Positions 38,045 through 50,676 of a stretch of 64,000 bases of DNA are shown piece after piece. How positions within the stretch are numbered: the first letter of the stretch is position 1; each line of letters begins with the position of its first letter. The notes beneath the pieces were generated by a model. It was not told the DNA's origin. It saw only the letters and a list, made by a program, of their open reading frames with translations, and did no database searches. The stretch is from Octopus sinensis (Eukaryota), in contig NC_043026.1 in the NCBI RefSeq assembly GCF_006345805.1, forward strand, positions 3,162,001 to 3,226,000, written 5' to 3'. A program made the translations under genes and the position numbers.

Positions 38045-38654
38045 TATACTACACGTGTGTGTGTGTGTGTGTGTGTCTTTATCTTTGTCCTTTCCTCCCC
38101 CATTTCACAACCAGTGTTTGTTTGTTTATGTCCCTGCAATTTTGTGGTTTGGCGAAAGTATTCTGGGCTTCTTGCAGTTTTTGCTCTTAGGAAATCCACT
38201 CAAGGCTTTGGTCAGGCTGGAGCTTATAGTAAAAGACATTTGCCCTGGGTGTTGTACTGTGAGACCTCGGTGTTGTCGATTAAGCTTCCTAACCAGGCAG
38301 CCCTCCAACGTCCCTTTTTGAAACTACTCTTCCCACAACTGCTGCTCCCTTTCAAATGTGACTCAGTCCCCACACATCATCTTATGACTAATTTTATCCC
38401 TAAATTAGTTGATGTATGTTATTAGAATGAAATGTACTGTCCACATGAAATGACTAGGGTTAAAAGCAAAGCAGGATCATGGAAACATGAAGCATCCATG
38501 TTTTTGTTTTCAAGGAATATTCTCACCTCCTTTTGCAATTACTGGTACTCTGTCGGTTTTGGTGATGAAGGTTCCAGGTGATCCAGTCAACAGAATAGCC
38601 TACTTGTGAAATTAATGTGCAAGTGGCTGAGCACTCCACAGACACACCTGTACC

Positions 38655-38915
38655 TATTTCTTTACTACCCAAAAGGGGCTAAACACAGAGAGGACAAACA
38701 AGGACAGACACACGGATTAAGTCGATTACATCGACCCCAGTGCGTAACTGGTACTTATTTAATCGACCCCGAAAGGATGAAAGCCAAACTCGACCTCAGC
38801 GGATAAATTAAGTACCAGTTATGCACTGGGGTTGATGTAATCGACTTAACCCCTTTGTCTTTCCTTGTTTGTCCCCTCTATGTTTAGCCCCTTGTGGGCA
38901 ATAAAGAAATAAGAA
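38655..38915. mobile_element. Two SINE B fragments joined in inverted orientation
   Basis: Minus-strand body to about 38800, then a plus-strand body starting GATAAATTAAGTACC. Confidence 0.75.
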
Positions 38916-39579
38916 ACATTAGCACACTGGGCGAAATGCTTAATGGAATTTCAACTGCCCCCCCCCCTCCAAATAAAATTGGGTGCTTTTTGCCGAGAGT
39001 AGAAAAGAATATTTATCCTCAGTTAAATGTGGGTGTTCTGTTAGAACAAATGATCCTGCATTAGAGAGAAACTCTCATATTGTCTTCAGGTGCAAAATGC
39101 ACTCTTCTTTATATTGTCAAGGATGGACGTTTGACTGCTAGAGATAGCAGCTGCTCTTATACCAGCCAGGGGTGGGGATAAATATTACCTCTTGCTATTA
39201 ATACTGCTTCTGTTGCTAATATATATTTTGTCAAGATTCTGTTTGACGACCAGTTCTTTGCTTTTCATCCTTCCAAGAGTTGATAAATAAAGTTAATCTG
39301 ATTACAACTTGAATTCAGATTTCTAAGAGACAGAAAGGATGTTGCCAGATGCTTTACCATTTCTGCCAATCCACCTGCTTAGACGAGTATTTATTGAAGC
39401 CATGAAGGTGAAAGGCAGAGTTGGCCTACATAGGATTTGAACTCAGCCAATCCTCTAATTACTCTGCTAATTAGCTTCCACATCAGTTGAGATGCCAGTT
39501 GGCTTTCACACATAATCTCTGACACCATTTTGCAACAAAGCTTCAAAAATCTCTCCTCCAATGACTGCACCTTTTCATT

Positions 39580-40045
39580 CGTTTACTTCTTTCAAGCATT
39601 TGACTGCGGCCATGCTGGAGCACTGCCTTGAAGTGTTTTTTGGTCAAACAATTCAACCCCAGGACTTGTTTTTTTTTTCAAGCCTAGTACTTATTTTATT
39701 GGTCTTTCTTGCTGAACTGCTAAGTTGTGGGAATGTAAACACATCAACACTGGTTGTCTCGCAGTGATGGGAGAAGAAACACACACATATACATACATAT
39801 ACATACATACATACATATACATAGATACATACATAAATACATACATACATATATACATCATACATACACACACACACATACACACATACATACATACACA
39901 CATACATACATACACACACACACACACAATGGGCTTTTTTCAGTTTCTATCTACCAAAGCCACTACAAGTCTTTGGTTAGCCCAAGATACCATGCTGTGG
40001 GACTGAACCTGGAACCATGTGGTAGGGAAGCAAGCTTTTTGCCTC
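39580..40045 (-). mobile_element. SINE family A, degenerate
   Basis: Tail, (TACA)n linker and partial head. Confidence 0.8.
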
Positions 40046-40399
40046 ATTTAAACCTATTTTTATAGGAATTATTTGAATGATTTCTCCTAAGTGTTGAGTT
40101 CTTTGTTAGTTTAGTTTGGCTTACTGAAGCAGAAATATCGTTATGGCAAATCTTCTGCTCAGTACCACAGGTCTGCATGTCAGTTCTTGGCCATAACCGC
40201 TTGAGCATGTCCTTTAGTGACGGACAATCTGTGCATCTCTGATGATAAACAGGAATAATAGAGGAGCATGATAGCCATGTGTTGAGAGGGATTCTTTGGG
40301 GGTTTGAATGAATGTAACAAAAGCAAATTTTGAAGGAGATATTAACCATTTTCATACTTTGTAGGGGTCAGGAAATAAGAAATAACAGTTGCTACCCAA

Positions 40400-40740
40400 G
40401 GACAAAAATCTCGTTGCACAGTGCAATGGCTTGAAAGCCAGCAAGTGGCTTTGCACTTTTTTCTTTTTTGTTGCAGATGCAGCATTTGTATTGATGTGTT
40501 TCACTGGGACATTCATTCTGAGCAGCAAATTGATGCCTGCTTTCGTGTGACTTGCGAGTCCGGGTCAGCTGGAAAATATCCCACCACGTAGACTGCATAT
40601 TAGATTAGTTGCTAGAAAGGGTTGCATTCAGCTTGAGGCCTTCTGAGTGTCAGTGTGTTTGTGTAGGCGACCTGTGAGGAAAACATGCCCACGTTCATTG
40701 CTCTCAGAACGGGGCTGTGGGGCCAACAGTTTCTCTATTT
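40400..40740 (-). mobile_element. Possible old RTE-type ORF2 C-terminus with a C2H2-like end
   Basis: [13 protein letters not shown]...QSTWWDI...YKCCICNKKEKSAKPLAGF loosely fits GR..K.Y.D..K...DRS.WR...CxxC...GL..H; frameshifted. Confidence 0.4.
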
Positions 40741-40786
40741 ACATTACTGCTCACTTTACATTAGTTCATGCATACTGCATACATAC

Positions 40787-40809
<23 letters not shown>

Positions 40810-40827
<18 letters not shown>

Positions 40828-40837
40828 CACAGATACA

Positions 40838-40869
<32 letters not shown>

Positions 40870-41065
40870 CACAGATACATATATATATATATATATGTAT
40901 ATACACAGATACATATATATATATATATGTATATACACAGATACATATATATATATATATAGTATATACACAGATACATATATATATATATATGTATATA
41001 CACAGATACATATATATATATATGTATATACACAGATACATATATATATATATGTATATACACAG

Positions 41066-41096
<31 letters not shown>

Positions 41097-41192
41097 CACA
41101 GATACATATATATATATATATGTATATACACAGATACATATATATATATATGTATACACAGATACATATATTATATATATGTATATACACAG

Positions 41193-41223
<31 letters not shown>

Positions 41224-41232
41224 CACAGATAC

Positions 41233-41263
<31 letters not shown>

Positions 41264-41296
41264 TACATATATATATATATATATGTATATACACAG

Positions 41297-41327
<31 letters not shown>

Positions 41328-41332
41328 CACAG

Positions 41333-41363
<31 letters not shown>

Positions 41364-41368
41364 CACAG

Positions 41369-41399
<31 letters not shown>

Positions 41400-41437
41400 C
41401 ACAGATACATATATATATATATATTGTATATACACAG

Positions 41438-41468
<31 letters not shown>

Positions 41469-41935
41469 CACAGATACATATATAATATGTATATACACGA
41501 TACATATATATATATATATATGTATATACACTATACATAATATATATATATATGTATATACACAGATACATATATATATATATGTAATACACGATACATA
41601 TATATATATATATGTATACACACAGATCATATATATATATATATATATATGTATATACACAGATACATATATATATATGTATATACACAGATACCATATA
41701 TAATATATATGTATGTATATACACAGATACATATATATATATATATATGTATATACACAGATACATATATATATATATATATGTATATACACAGATACAT
41801 ATATATATATATGTATATACACAGATACATATATATATATATATGTATATACACAGAGATACATATATATATATATATGTATACACACAGATACATATAT
41901 ATATATATATAAATATACACACAGATACATATATA
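40810..41935. repeat. Compound minisatellite (TA)n-TGTATATACACAGATACA
   Basis: Fixed GTATATACACAGATAC core separated by variable (TA)n. Confidence 0.95.
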
Positions 41936-42009
41936 CATCGACTGGAACCCTCGTCATCACCAGTTGGCAGTGTCACTAATACACACACATATATATATAT
42001 ATTTTCGAT

Positions 42010-42206
42010 ATGTGACTGCATGTGTATCGTTGGCGATTTTCTTCCTCCGTCTTCCCTTCTTTGGATCTTTCCTTTTTCCATGTTTCTGACGAAGAGCTCC
42101 GCTCGAAACGTTAAACCCTCCTTCTTTCCTTCTTTCCTGAGCGTCCAATAATACTGTATTTGTTCCACGTCCTCGCATTGTTGTGTTTTCATGTTTGGAT
42201 TAACTA
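42010..42206 (+). mobile_element. ~200-bp hammerhead-bearing cassette (family H), copy 1
   Basis: GTTT-CTGACGA-A-GAGC[TCC]GCTC-GAAA-CG-TT^AAAC at 42082-42116; near-identical copy at 63620-63815. Confidence 0.88.
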
Positions 42207-42453
42207 TATATATACACACATACACATATGACTACAGGGTGTGATTTAAAGAAATTTGGTAGTTATCTCTAGCAGGTGTAGCTATCCTGGAGAGATCTTC
42301 TTCGCTGGCTTACACATAGATATGACTGAAGGATGTGATTTTGAGGGCAGTTTGGCTACTATTGCTATCAGGTCTCCTCTGTTGGTTTATGACAGTTATT
42401 AACATGCAAACAAGAATGGCCACTTTAGTGCTGCCATCTACTTTTCATTTTAG

Positions 42454-42777
42454 ATGTGGTATTCAGTGTCCCGAGCTCCAACAATGATGAAAACATTCCT
42501 TTACATCCATTCGAGTAATGTCCGTCATCTGGTCCTCCTTAAAGAGTGGAGATTCAAGTTGCACCCTTTCAACCTCATTCTCTCATCGATGACCATCTTC
42601 AGTCCAGTGGCAAGACCAGGTCAAGACGACTGGGAGACGGATGCAGTGGATGACCAACATGTCTTGCTTGCCTCATCTTGCTCTCTGCACTGCATGCTGC
42701 ATTGTTGTAGCCGTCTCTTTGGAACCATGAAGGCTTCTTCTGTAGTGTCTTCAAGATTCAATCTCTTACATGCACAG
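42454..42777 (+). other. Candidate exon, unverified
   Basis: TTTTCATTTTAG acceptor, CAG|GTAGGC donor, 324 nt open only in frame 0; product not recognised. Confidence 0.25.
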
Positions 42778-44086
42778 GTAGGCAAGCCCTACCTGTGCTA
42801 ATTAACCCATAGCTGAGACCTAACACTGGGGTCAGGTAACTTTTTTATCCAATTACCCCAAAATATATATATATATACACCGACGTTACCCCCTTGATTT
42901 GAAAGGAAGAAAATCTTAGATTCTTTGGATTCAAAAGGTTTATTGACTCTATTTCTATGGAGAATACAATTCTAAATATAAAAAGTATAAAACAAATGTG
43001 ATAAAATAAATTATTATCTTCATTATGAAACAAAAGGGTTTTTCTCAAAACTTTTCCGGTTCAGGTTTTGGAGAAATGATGTTTCATTTTTGTTACAATT
43101 ACATTTTGATACGAGAGCAATTTGGAGACAGTCTTCAGGGTCCAATCAATTTTGTTAAAGGGTTGACTTGAATAACTCCTTAAATCTACTTAAACAAATC
43201 AAAAACCTGTGTCAAAAAATAAGATTAAGGTGGGTAATAGACGACAGATGAATAATATCTGGTCAATCAATTGACAACACTTTTAGTTCAAAATGGTGCG
43301 ACGTCTCTTAAATACATCTGTTACAGTGGACAAATGCATTGTCGTCAGAAGAAAGATTTTTTATATGGCTTTACTTATATCTAATGAATCCTCATTAACC
43401 CCAAGAAATTATGGAAACAAACAGCAGTATTTCATTGTTGTGGATGTGATACTCCAATGGCCACCAAGAAAGGTCTGCTATCTCATGGTTCAAGTCGTGC
43501 TTTGGAACAGAAGAAATAGGAGAGAAAAAGGTTGATAAAATACTGACTACCCCCTGACACCCTATCACTGCCATCTCTTGTTTTCTAGCAGTCAGGCAAT
43601 GTAGAAGTCATACACACACATACGCACGCTCACATACATATGATGGTAGGTTGTGATTGGAGTTAGATTTGACTGGTATTTCTCTCAACTGTAACTACCC
43701 TGTAGAGGCCTTTTTTGTTGGCTCATGCATATACACACTCAGACACCCTCCCAGCTGGGGTAGCCAGGTATCTCCTCTACAAGATCCCTGTCCCTACCCT
43801 TCTATCATACTCTTGCCTCTCAACATCTGCTGTAAACCACTTCATGTCTGATAAGTCCAATCATCAATTCCCCCCCCCCCCCGTAATAAAATAGTTTTTA
43901 AATATAAATGATGAGATATTACAGATATATTTTCTCAGTACACTTTCCTCACAGTAAACTTTTTTCACTGTGAATTGATGGCTGTGAACTTACCTGTAAC
44001 GAGGCCGCCTCTACTTGTCCCTCAATTGAGGAATCTTGTTTTGTGAGCTCATAGGTGATCCTGCCAGTAACACACAAAATCCTTGG

Positions 44087-44296
44087 CCCTTTAGCATTCC
44101 GTTTCCTTATCTATCCACATTGATTTGAATTTGTCCTGCATTTCTTTGTAGCTTTCAGATTTCAATGACATCAACTGTGATTGTTTATTTTGAGAATAAT
44201 ATTGTAGGGTAAGTGTGAGAGGCCGGATCTGGCCAGTCTGAAGATAAAACAGGAAGAATATTTTGGCTGGAATTGGCGGGTTTAAGTGCTAAAGGG
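44087..44296. mobile_element. piggyBac-like MITE
   Basis: TIRs CCCTTTAGCA / TGCTAAAGGG; TTAA on the right flank, TTGG on the left; inverted partial copy at about 25690-25830. Confidence 0.6.
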
Positions 44297-44525
44297 TTAA
44301 GTACCGTTTGTAAAGCGGTTGGCATTAGGAAAGTCATTCAGCTTTAGAAACCTTACCTAAACAGATATTGGTGCTCAGCGCTGTTCTGTGACAAACCATT
44401 CAGTCGATGCCAGCATGCAATACAGACAAGAAATAAGGATGTTTTGGTATTAGCTATGTTTCTTTGTTTCTTTTGTTTTTTGTTTTATGAATTTCTGAGT
44501 GTTGTTGTTGTTGTTGTCGTTGCAG

Positions 44526-44585
44526 GGAAGAAGTTTTACAAATCATGTTCATGGTAAAAGTGAATATTCATTGACCAATCAACAA
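44526..44585 (+). other. Candidate 60-nt host exon (GRSFTNHVHGKSEYSLTNQQ)
   Basis: T-rich tract plus TGCAG acceptor, consensus CAA|GTAAGT donor, single open frame, phase 0-0. Confidence 0.4.
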
Positions 44586-44646
44586 GTAAGTATTCTTCTC
44601 GTTGTTATTCCAGCCCCTCCTCGTCCATCACCACTACTTTCCCTTA

Positions 44647-44817
44647 GGTGCAGGTGTGGCTGTGTGGTAAGAAGCTTGCTTCACAACCACATGGTTCCTG
44701 GTTCAGTCCCACTGCGCGTCACCATGGGCAAGTGTCTTCTACTATAGCCCCGGATCAACCAAAGCCTTGTGAGTGGATCTGGTAGATGGAAACTGAAAGA
44801 AGTCCACTGTGTGTGTG

Positions 44818-44860
<43 letters not shown>

Positions 44861-45060
44861 GTGTGTGTCTTTGTGTATGTTTGTCCCCTCTGCCCACCAT
44901 TGACAACCAATATTTTTGTATTTATGACCCCCGTAACTTAGCAGTTCGGCAAAAGAGTCCAATAGAATGAGTACTAGGCTTACAAAGAATAAGTCCTGGG
45001 TCAATTTCTTCAACTTAAAAAGCTCTTTAAGGCATTGCTCCAGTCATATGACTGAAACAC
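44647..45060 (+). mobile_element. SINE family A
   Basis: Complete, diverged copy. Confidence 0.88.
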
Positions 45061-45710
45061 CAGCCTAACAACACCATCTTCCCCAGACATATCACTAACA
45101 CCTCACAACACAAACCCTTCTAATCAGTTGAGACCCCACTGTTTCTCAACCCTTTTTTGCCCATCTACCCCTTTGATGCATATTTTGTCTAACGAAGTTT
45201 TTCAGAAGTATCTCTCAGATGGTGTCGATTATGACTTTATCAGGAATTTAATGTAGGAAAAAACAGCAAAAAAAAACCAGGATACAGTGGCAGAGAATTC
45301 CCATGCTTTGACTTTGCTTCCTCATAAATTTCTGAAAATGAATATTTTTGAATGAAGATTCAGAGGGTGTAGATTTTGATACTGTCACCATTTTTTTGTG
45401 AAAACCTCTTTTGGAGGGGATGAGAGTTTCAGATGATCTTATACACCTTGACTTTGTTTCCTCATAGCATTCTGAAAAATGCATGTTTTTTTTTGTTCTT
45501 TTTTTTTTCTCGTAGAATTTCCTACAGTATAAATTATTTCAGAATTGTAAAGAAAAAAATGTTTTTGGAGGATAATTTACGCATGTTAACTTATATTCTC
45601 ACATATTGATGAGGTTCATGTATTATCCAATATACAAAAGTTCCAATATACAAGTTCATAATTTATGTTATCCGAAAGGTATTTGTAGAACATTTCATCA
45701 AAGGTATGTA

Positions 45711-46579
45711 TTGGGTCATCCCATAAATAATGGGGTTTCTTTATACTTCTTTTATTTTTCAAAATTAAGATAAAGTTCTTTTTTAATCTAAAATATACTC
45801 TCCTTCATTTTTTTTTTTACAATGCTCTCCCATTTATCTGGTAGACTTGCAAAGCCCCTCTTCCAAAATTCACTTGTCCCTGATGAAAATTACTCCTCCA
45901 GTTCTGTTCTAACCTCATTGACAGAATTCATATTTTTTTCTGTTAAAATGATTTTGGAGACTGCAGAATAAATGATAATCAGATGGGGCAATGTCCAGCG
46001 GATATGGTTGATGGGTCATCATTTCCCATTCAAACTGCTCCAGCTTTTGGAATGTCATCCTTGCAGTATGTGGCTGAGCATTAGACTCGGAAACTTTGTG
46101 AGGAACCCGTTAAACCAATTTGCTAATTTTCCCAATGGCACACAGGTATCGATGAATGGTTGAATGACCAAATTCAAGCTTCTCTGTTAGGTCCTCAACA
46201 GTTACAATGGGATTTTGTTCCAGCAGGGTTTGCAGGATGTCCTCATCAAACTCTACAGATTTTCTAGGATGAGGCTTGTCTTCTAGGCTTTAGTTTCCAG
46301 CTCGGAATTTCTGAAACCACCGTTGACACTGGTTTACACTTATTGTTTGATCCCCATGGACTGCATTAATATTCCTCACACTTTCCATTGAACTCAAAGC
46401 AAAATATGCTCCTTTGTCACTTCCATTACAGCTTTGAAAAAATAACTGTTGAAATCAAATTGCACTCTTCTTTCGAAGAACACAATTTGATTTTACCTGC
46501 TTTTATAAGAAGTTGATGCAGGTAATTTATCCTGTCCCCCTCATGCAATTGATAAAAACGCATTTATGGGATGACCCAA
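45711..46579 (-). mobile_element. Internally deleted mariner transposon (869 bp) with TA TSD
   Basis: Perfect 18-bp TIR TTGGGTCATCCCATAAAT, TA on both flanks. HTH region NINAVHG...QRWFQKFRAGN*SLED...HSTIHRYL is fused directly to NAQPHTA...HQPYPLDIAPSDYHLF...GEYILD*. Confidence 0.95.
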
Positions 46580-47563
46580 TATACACAAGTGTCAGCTCCC
46601 GAATAAGTTTCCTCATAACTTCCCGAAACAGGGATATTTTTAAATGAAATGTTTTACAAATACCCTTTGGGTAGATTACTATTATGTTGGAATGTTAATG
46701 TGAAACAAACAAAAAAGAAGGAAGAAAATTGGTGGACGTGTGCACATCTACAAAATAAAACTTGAAAATTGGTGGACGTGTGCACATATACATCTACAAA
46801 ATAAAACTTGAAAATTTTTTTTAAAAATGTGATTTGCAAGTGTCTGCTAATTTCCCCCTTTATTTTTTGTTGTTATTTCATATTAGATCCCTATATATTG
46901 GTATTGTACACCATCCGAAAGATATTTGTAGAAAATTTCGTGAAAAAAATATCCATTTTACTGAAAGTTATAAGAAAACTGTTGGCGAGGCACACTTGTG
47001 TAGTAATGCCGTCATTAAAAAATACGTTTTTCAGAAAATTATGACAAAAAGACGGTGTGGATTGGATGGAGAAGGGGACACGCATCTGCAGTTAAGCCTT
47101 TTCTACTTTATCGCTAGAAGCCAATTGACTGAATCAGTTGAGCGTTAGGTAAAATAAAACCTCATAGTATTTGTTCTGACACTGTGCTCTGAACTCAAAA
47201 CCTGCCCAGGCCAACTTCCCTTTTTGTGTTTTCAATCTTCACAAAAATCAAAATCTAATGCAAAGTGGTGTGGACCGACGCAGCTGTAAGAGTGCCGGAC
47301 CAGATATGCTTTGGCAGTATTTGCTGTGACTCTTGACGTTCCAAGTCCCAGTTTCATCTACTTGGATCGTAGACTTAACACTATAATATGACATCCTAGT
47401 TGTCATTAGGGGACCCCTTTCTGTCGCAAGCATTCGGGCCAGGCCCTTAGTTTCATGATACTCCACTCCTCTCCCTCTTTCAAGACCTGTCACCAGACTG
47501 GGGGCAGAACAGGCTCATGGTACCAGCAATTCGGGTAGTCGCCTGGGGCGCTATGTGCTAGAG

Positions 47564-47786
47564 CAGTGCTTTTCAAACTTTTTGCTGGAGCGGAACCCCA
47601 AGGGAACATTCCACTGGCTCGAGGAACTCCTGTGCAATAATTTAATAGTTTTATGCATACATTTATGCATACACAGGACAATTAAAAATTACTGCCAATT
47701 TTAGCAGTTTTGTAACTTCTTGCGGAACCATTGGACTGTACTGGCAGAACCCTAAGGTTCCGGGGAACCCTGGTTGAAAACCACTG
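47564..47786 (+). mobile_element. hAT-type MITE, copy 3
   Basis: Same TIRs as copy 2; TSD TGCTAGAG / TGCTAGAA (7/8). Confidence 0.93.
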
Positions 47787-49119
47787 TGCTAGAAAGTGCC
47801 AAGGAGGGCATGACAAAGCCACGGAAATTTCCACGACCAAAGTTCAGCTTGCCCAGGATGCCAGCAACCCTTTGGTCGGTCCTGCCTGGGGATGCTTCAG
47901 ATTATTCTGGCTGGGCACCAATTTGTATTGTGGGAAGATTTTTGTAAACCGTACTTTCTGAATCTGAGGGTGCACCATCGAATAGTGAGGAACAGTGCCA
48001 TCCAGTGCACCCTCTTAGCGAAGGGCATGTCGCCTCCTCCAGTCTTTTGGAGACTTTGTGAAGGGTCAGTGGCAGAAAAAAAAAAAGAAATTTAATTTTA
48101 GGGGATATCTGGTCCTTGATATCCTCTCGTTCTTTACTATGGGGTGGTGGCCAGGTGGAATTGCTTCTTTTTTTTTTTTTTTTCATGAAGAGACTGATGT
48201 GTAGGAAATGAATAAAATCTGATAAATTGATAATGCTAAATTAAAAGGGACAAGATTTAGCGGTGGGTGGAGGTATGGCAGGTAAGGTAGGTGGGGTGGT
48301 GAGATGAGACTAAATGGACAAACAGACAGACATACATGGGTGACGGTTACGAAATAACAGGATCATTCTGTGTGTGTGTGTGTGTGATTAGGAGGAGAGC
48401 ACAAATGAGTCACATTCTCCCTCCACCCTTACCACTACCACCACCACCACTTTCACCGCCGTCCCCACCCCCTCTACCATTACCTCCACCCTCGCCACCG
48501 CCACCCCTCTCATGTCAACTTAACTTCCTGTGTGTGTTAGTAGAAGGGAGATAATCGTGAGTCACTCTGCTTTCAAAATGATTTCCGTATTAAGATTGTT
48601 CTATGTTGTAAGGGGGACGACGGGGGAGGGGGGAGCAGAAATAACGAATCCTATAATTACACGTCCTACTAATTACACACCTAGTTTTCTTCTATTTCTT
48701 TAATAACCTCCCAAGGAATGTCGTTTTGGCAAATTCCTTCCGTTCCTTTTCAATAGGCAAATGCAGTATGGCTTCTGTGACGGTTGCACCGAATTTTCAT
48801 TGCTTCTCGCGGCACCCGTCCCCAACAAGTGTCTTCTGCTGTAGCCCTCAGCTTGGTTGATTAATTTTCTTGTGAGCGGGACATTATAGACCGAGAGTCT
48901 GGGGCAGAACCACACAATTCTTTCCTCCCCTCCACACACATGCACACACACACACACACACACACGCACACACACACACACTCCGAATTTTGTTTCTTCA
49001 TAACTTTCTGAAAAATGAATATATTTTAATGAAATTTTCTACAAAGACGCAGGCGTGTTTGTGGTTAGAAGCTTGCCTCCTAACCACATGATTCCGGGTT
49101 CCATCCCACTGCTATACAC

Positions 49120-49522
49120 CTTACTCTTTTACTTGTTTCAGTCAATTGACTGCGGCCATGCTGGAGCACTGCCTTTAATCGAGCAACTCGATCCCGGGAC
49201 TTATTCTTTGTAAGCTTAGTACTTATTCTATCGGTCTCTTTTGCCGAACTGCTAAGTGACGGCGACGTAAACACACCAGCATCGGTTGTCAAGCAATGCT
49301 AGAGGGACAAACACGGACACACAAACATATACACACATACATATATATAAACATATATACGACAGGCTTCTTTCAGTTTCCGTCTACCAAATCCCCTTAC
49401 AAGGCATTGGTCGGCCCGGGGCTATAGCAGAAGACACTTGCCCAAGATGCCACGCAGTGGGACTGAACCCAGAACCATGTGGTTGGTTAGCAAGCTACTT
49501 ACCACACAGCCACTCCTGCGCC
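49120..49522 (-). mobile_element. SINE family A, full length
   Basis: Complete copy. Confidence 0.92.
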
Positions 49523-49961
49523 TAGTATTTTGGGCAAGTATTTTGTTCTAAAGCCTTGGGCTGACCTAAGTCTTGATTTGGTAGACAGAAACTAGAAACC
49601 TGTCGCATACGTATATGCGTTGTGTGTGTAAATAGTAATAATAATGATTATAATAAACCTTGGATGGAATTCATAAATATTTCAATGCATCACTACACAC
49701 GTTTCCACAAATCCCGTGACCTTTAGGAAACATGCATTAGCAATGCATTAAAATATAAATTGCATCCAAGGACCATTATCATCATTATTATCAATAATAT
49801 TAATATACCAATTTGGTCTTTTTGTACATACCTATTATTTAATAGCAATTATTTCGTCTTAGCTTTCACTGCTTATACAAAACACACAACATTTTTGCCT
49901 TACTGTATGGAACATTTCCTTCTCTGTCACTCTTCTTTTAAAATGCCACCCCATGGGTTAC

Positions 49962-50565
49962 AATGGGCTTCTTTCAGTTTCCGTCTACCAAATCCACTGA
50001 CAAGGCTTTGGTCTGCCGGAGGCTAGAGTAGAAGACACTTGCCCAAGGTGCAGTGGGACTGAACCTGGAACCATACAATTGGAACACAAGCTTCTTAGCA
50101 CACAGCCATGCCTGCACCTATATGGATATTTTTAAATGCAATTTTCTACAAATGCATTTCAAAAGGTGTAGATTTTGATTACATCAGGGTTTTACGTGAA
50201 ACAGGAAAAGTTTTTAAATGATGGGTTTGCACACCTACATACTAACATATCCTTTTATTCTTTCATTTGTTTGTCATTTGACTGGCCATGCTGGAGCACC
50301 GCCTTTAGTCGCAAAAATCGACCCCAAGACTTATTCTTTTTAAGCCTAGTACTTATTCTATCAGTCACTTCTGTCGAACTGCTAAGTTATGGCACATAAA
50401 CACACCAACGTCGGTTGTCAAGCAATGGCAGGTGGGGGGGGGGACAAACACACACACACACTTATATACACGCAGACGTAGTTGTATGGTAAGTAGCTTG
50501 CTTCCCAGCCACATGGCTCCGGGTTCAGTCCCACTGCGTGGCACCTTGGGCAAGTGTCTTCTACT
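49962..50565. mobile_element. Cluster of SINE A fragments (49962-50120 -, 50255-50450 -, 50475-50565 +)
   Basis: Head and tail segments matching family A. Confidence 0.8.
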
Positions 50566-50676
50566 CAATCCACTTCCTTTTTTAATTTACACCCATTTAT
50601 ATTAAAATTTGCTTTCAGTTTAGCATTCTGCCTTATTATTTTTTCCTTTCCTATATGTGTGTGTGTGTGTGTACAC

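Noticed and set aside
40478-40594. Exon after the strong acceptor TTTTTTGTTGCAG
   Set aside because: All frames reach a stop, no convincing donor precedes it, and the region is better explained as an antisense RTE remnant.
47248-47493. GTWNVKS resembling the start of a LINE APE endonuclease
   Set aside because: The following residues lack the expected DI..L.E motif; a single short match is insufficient.
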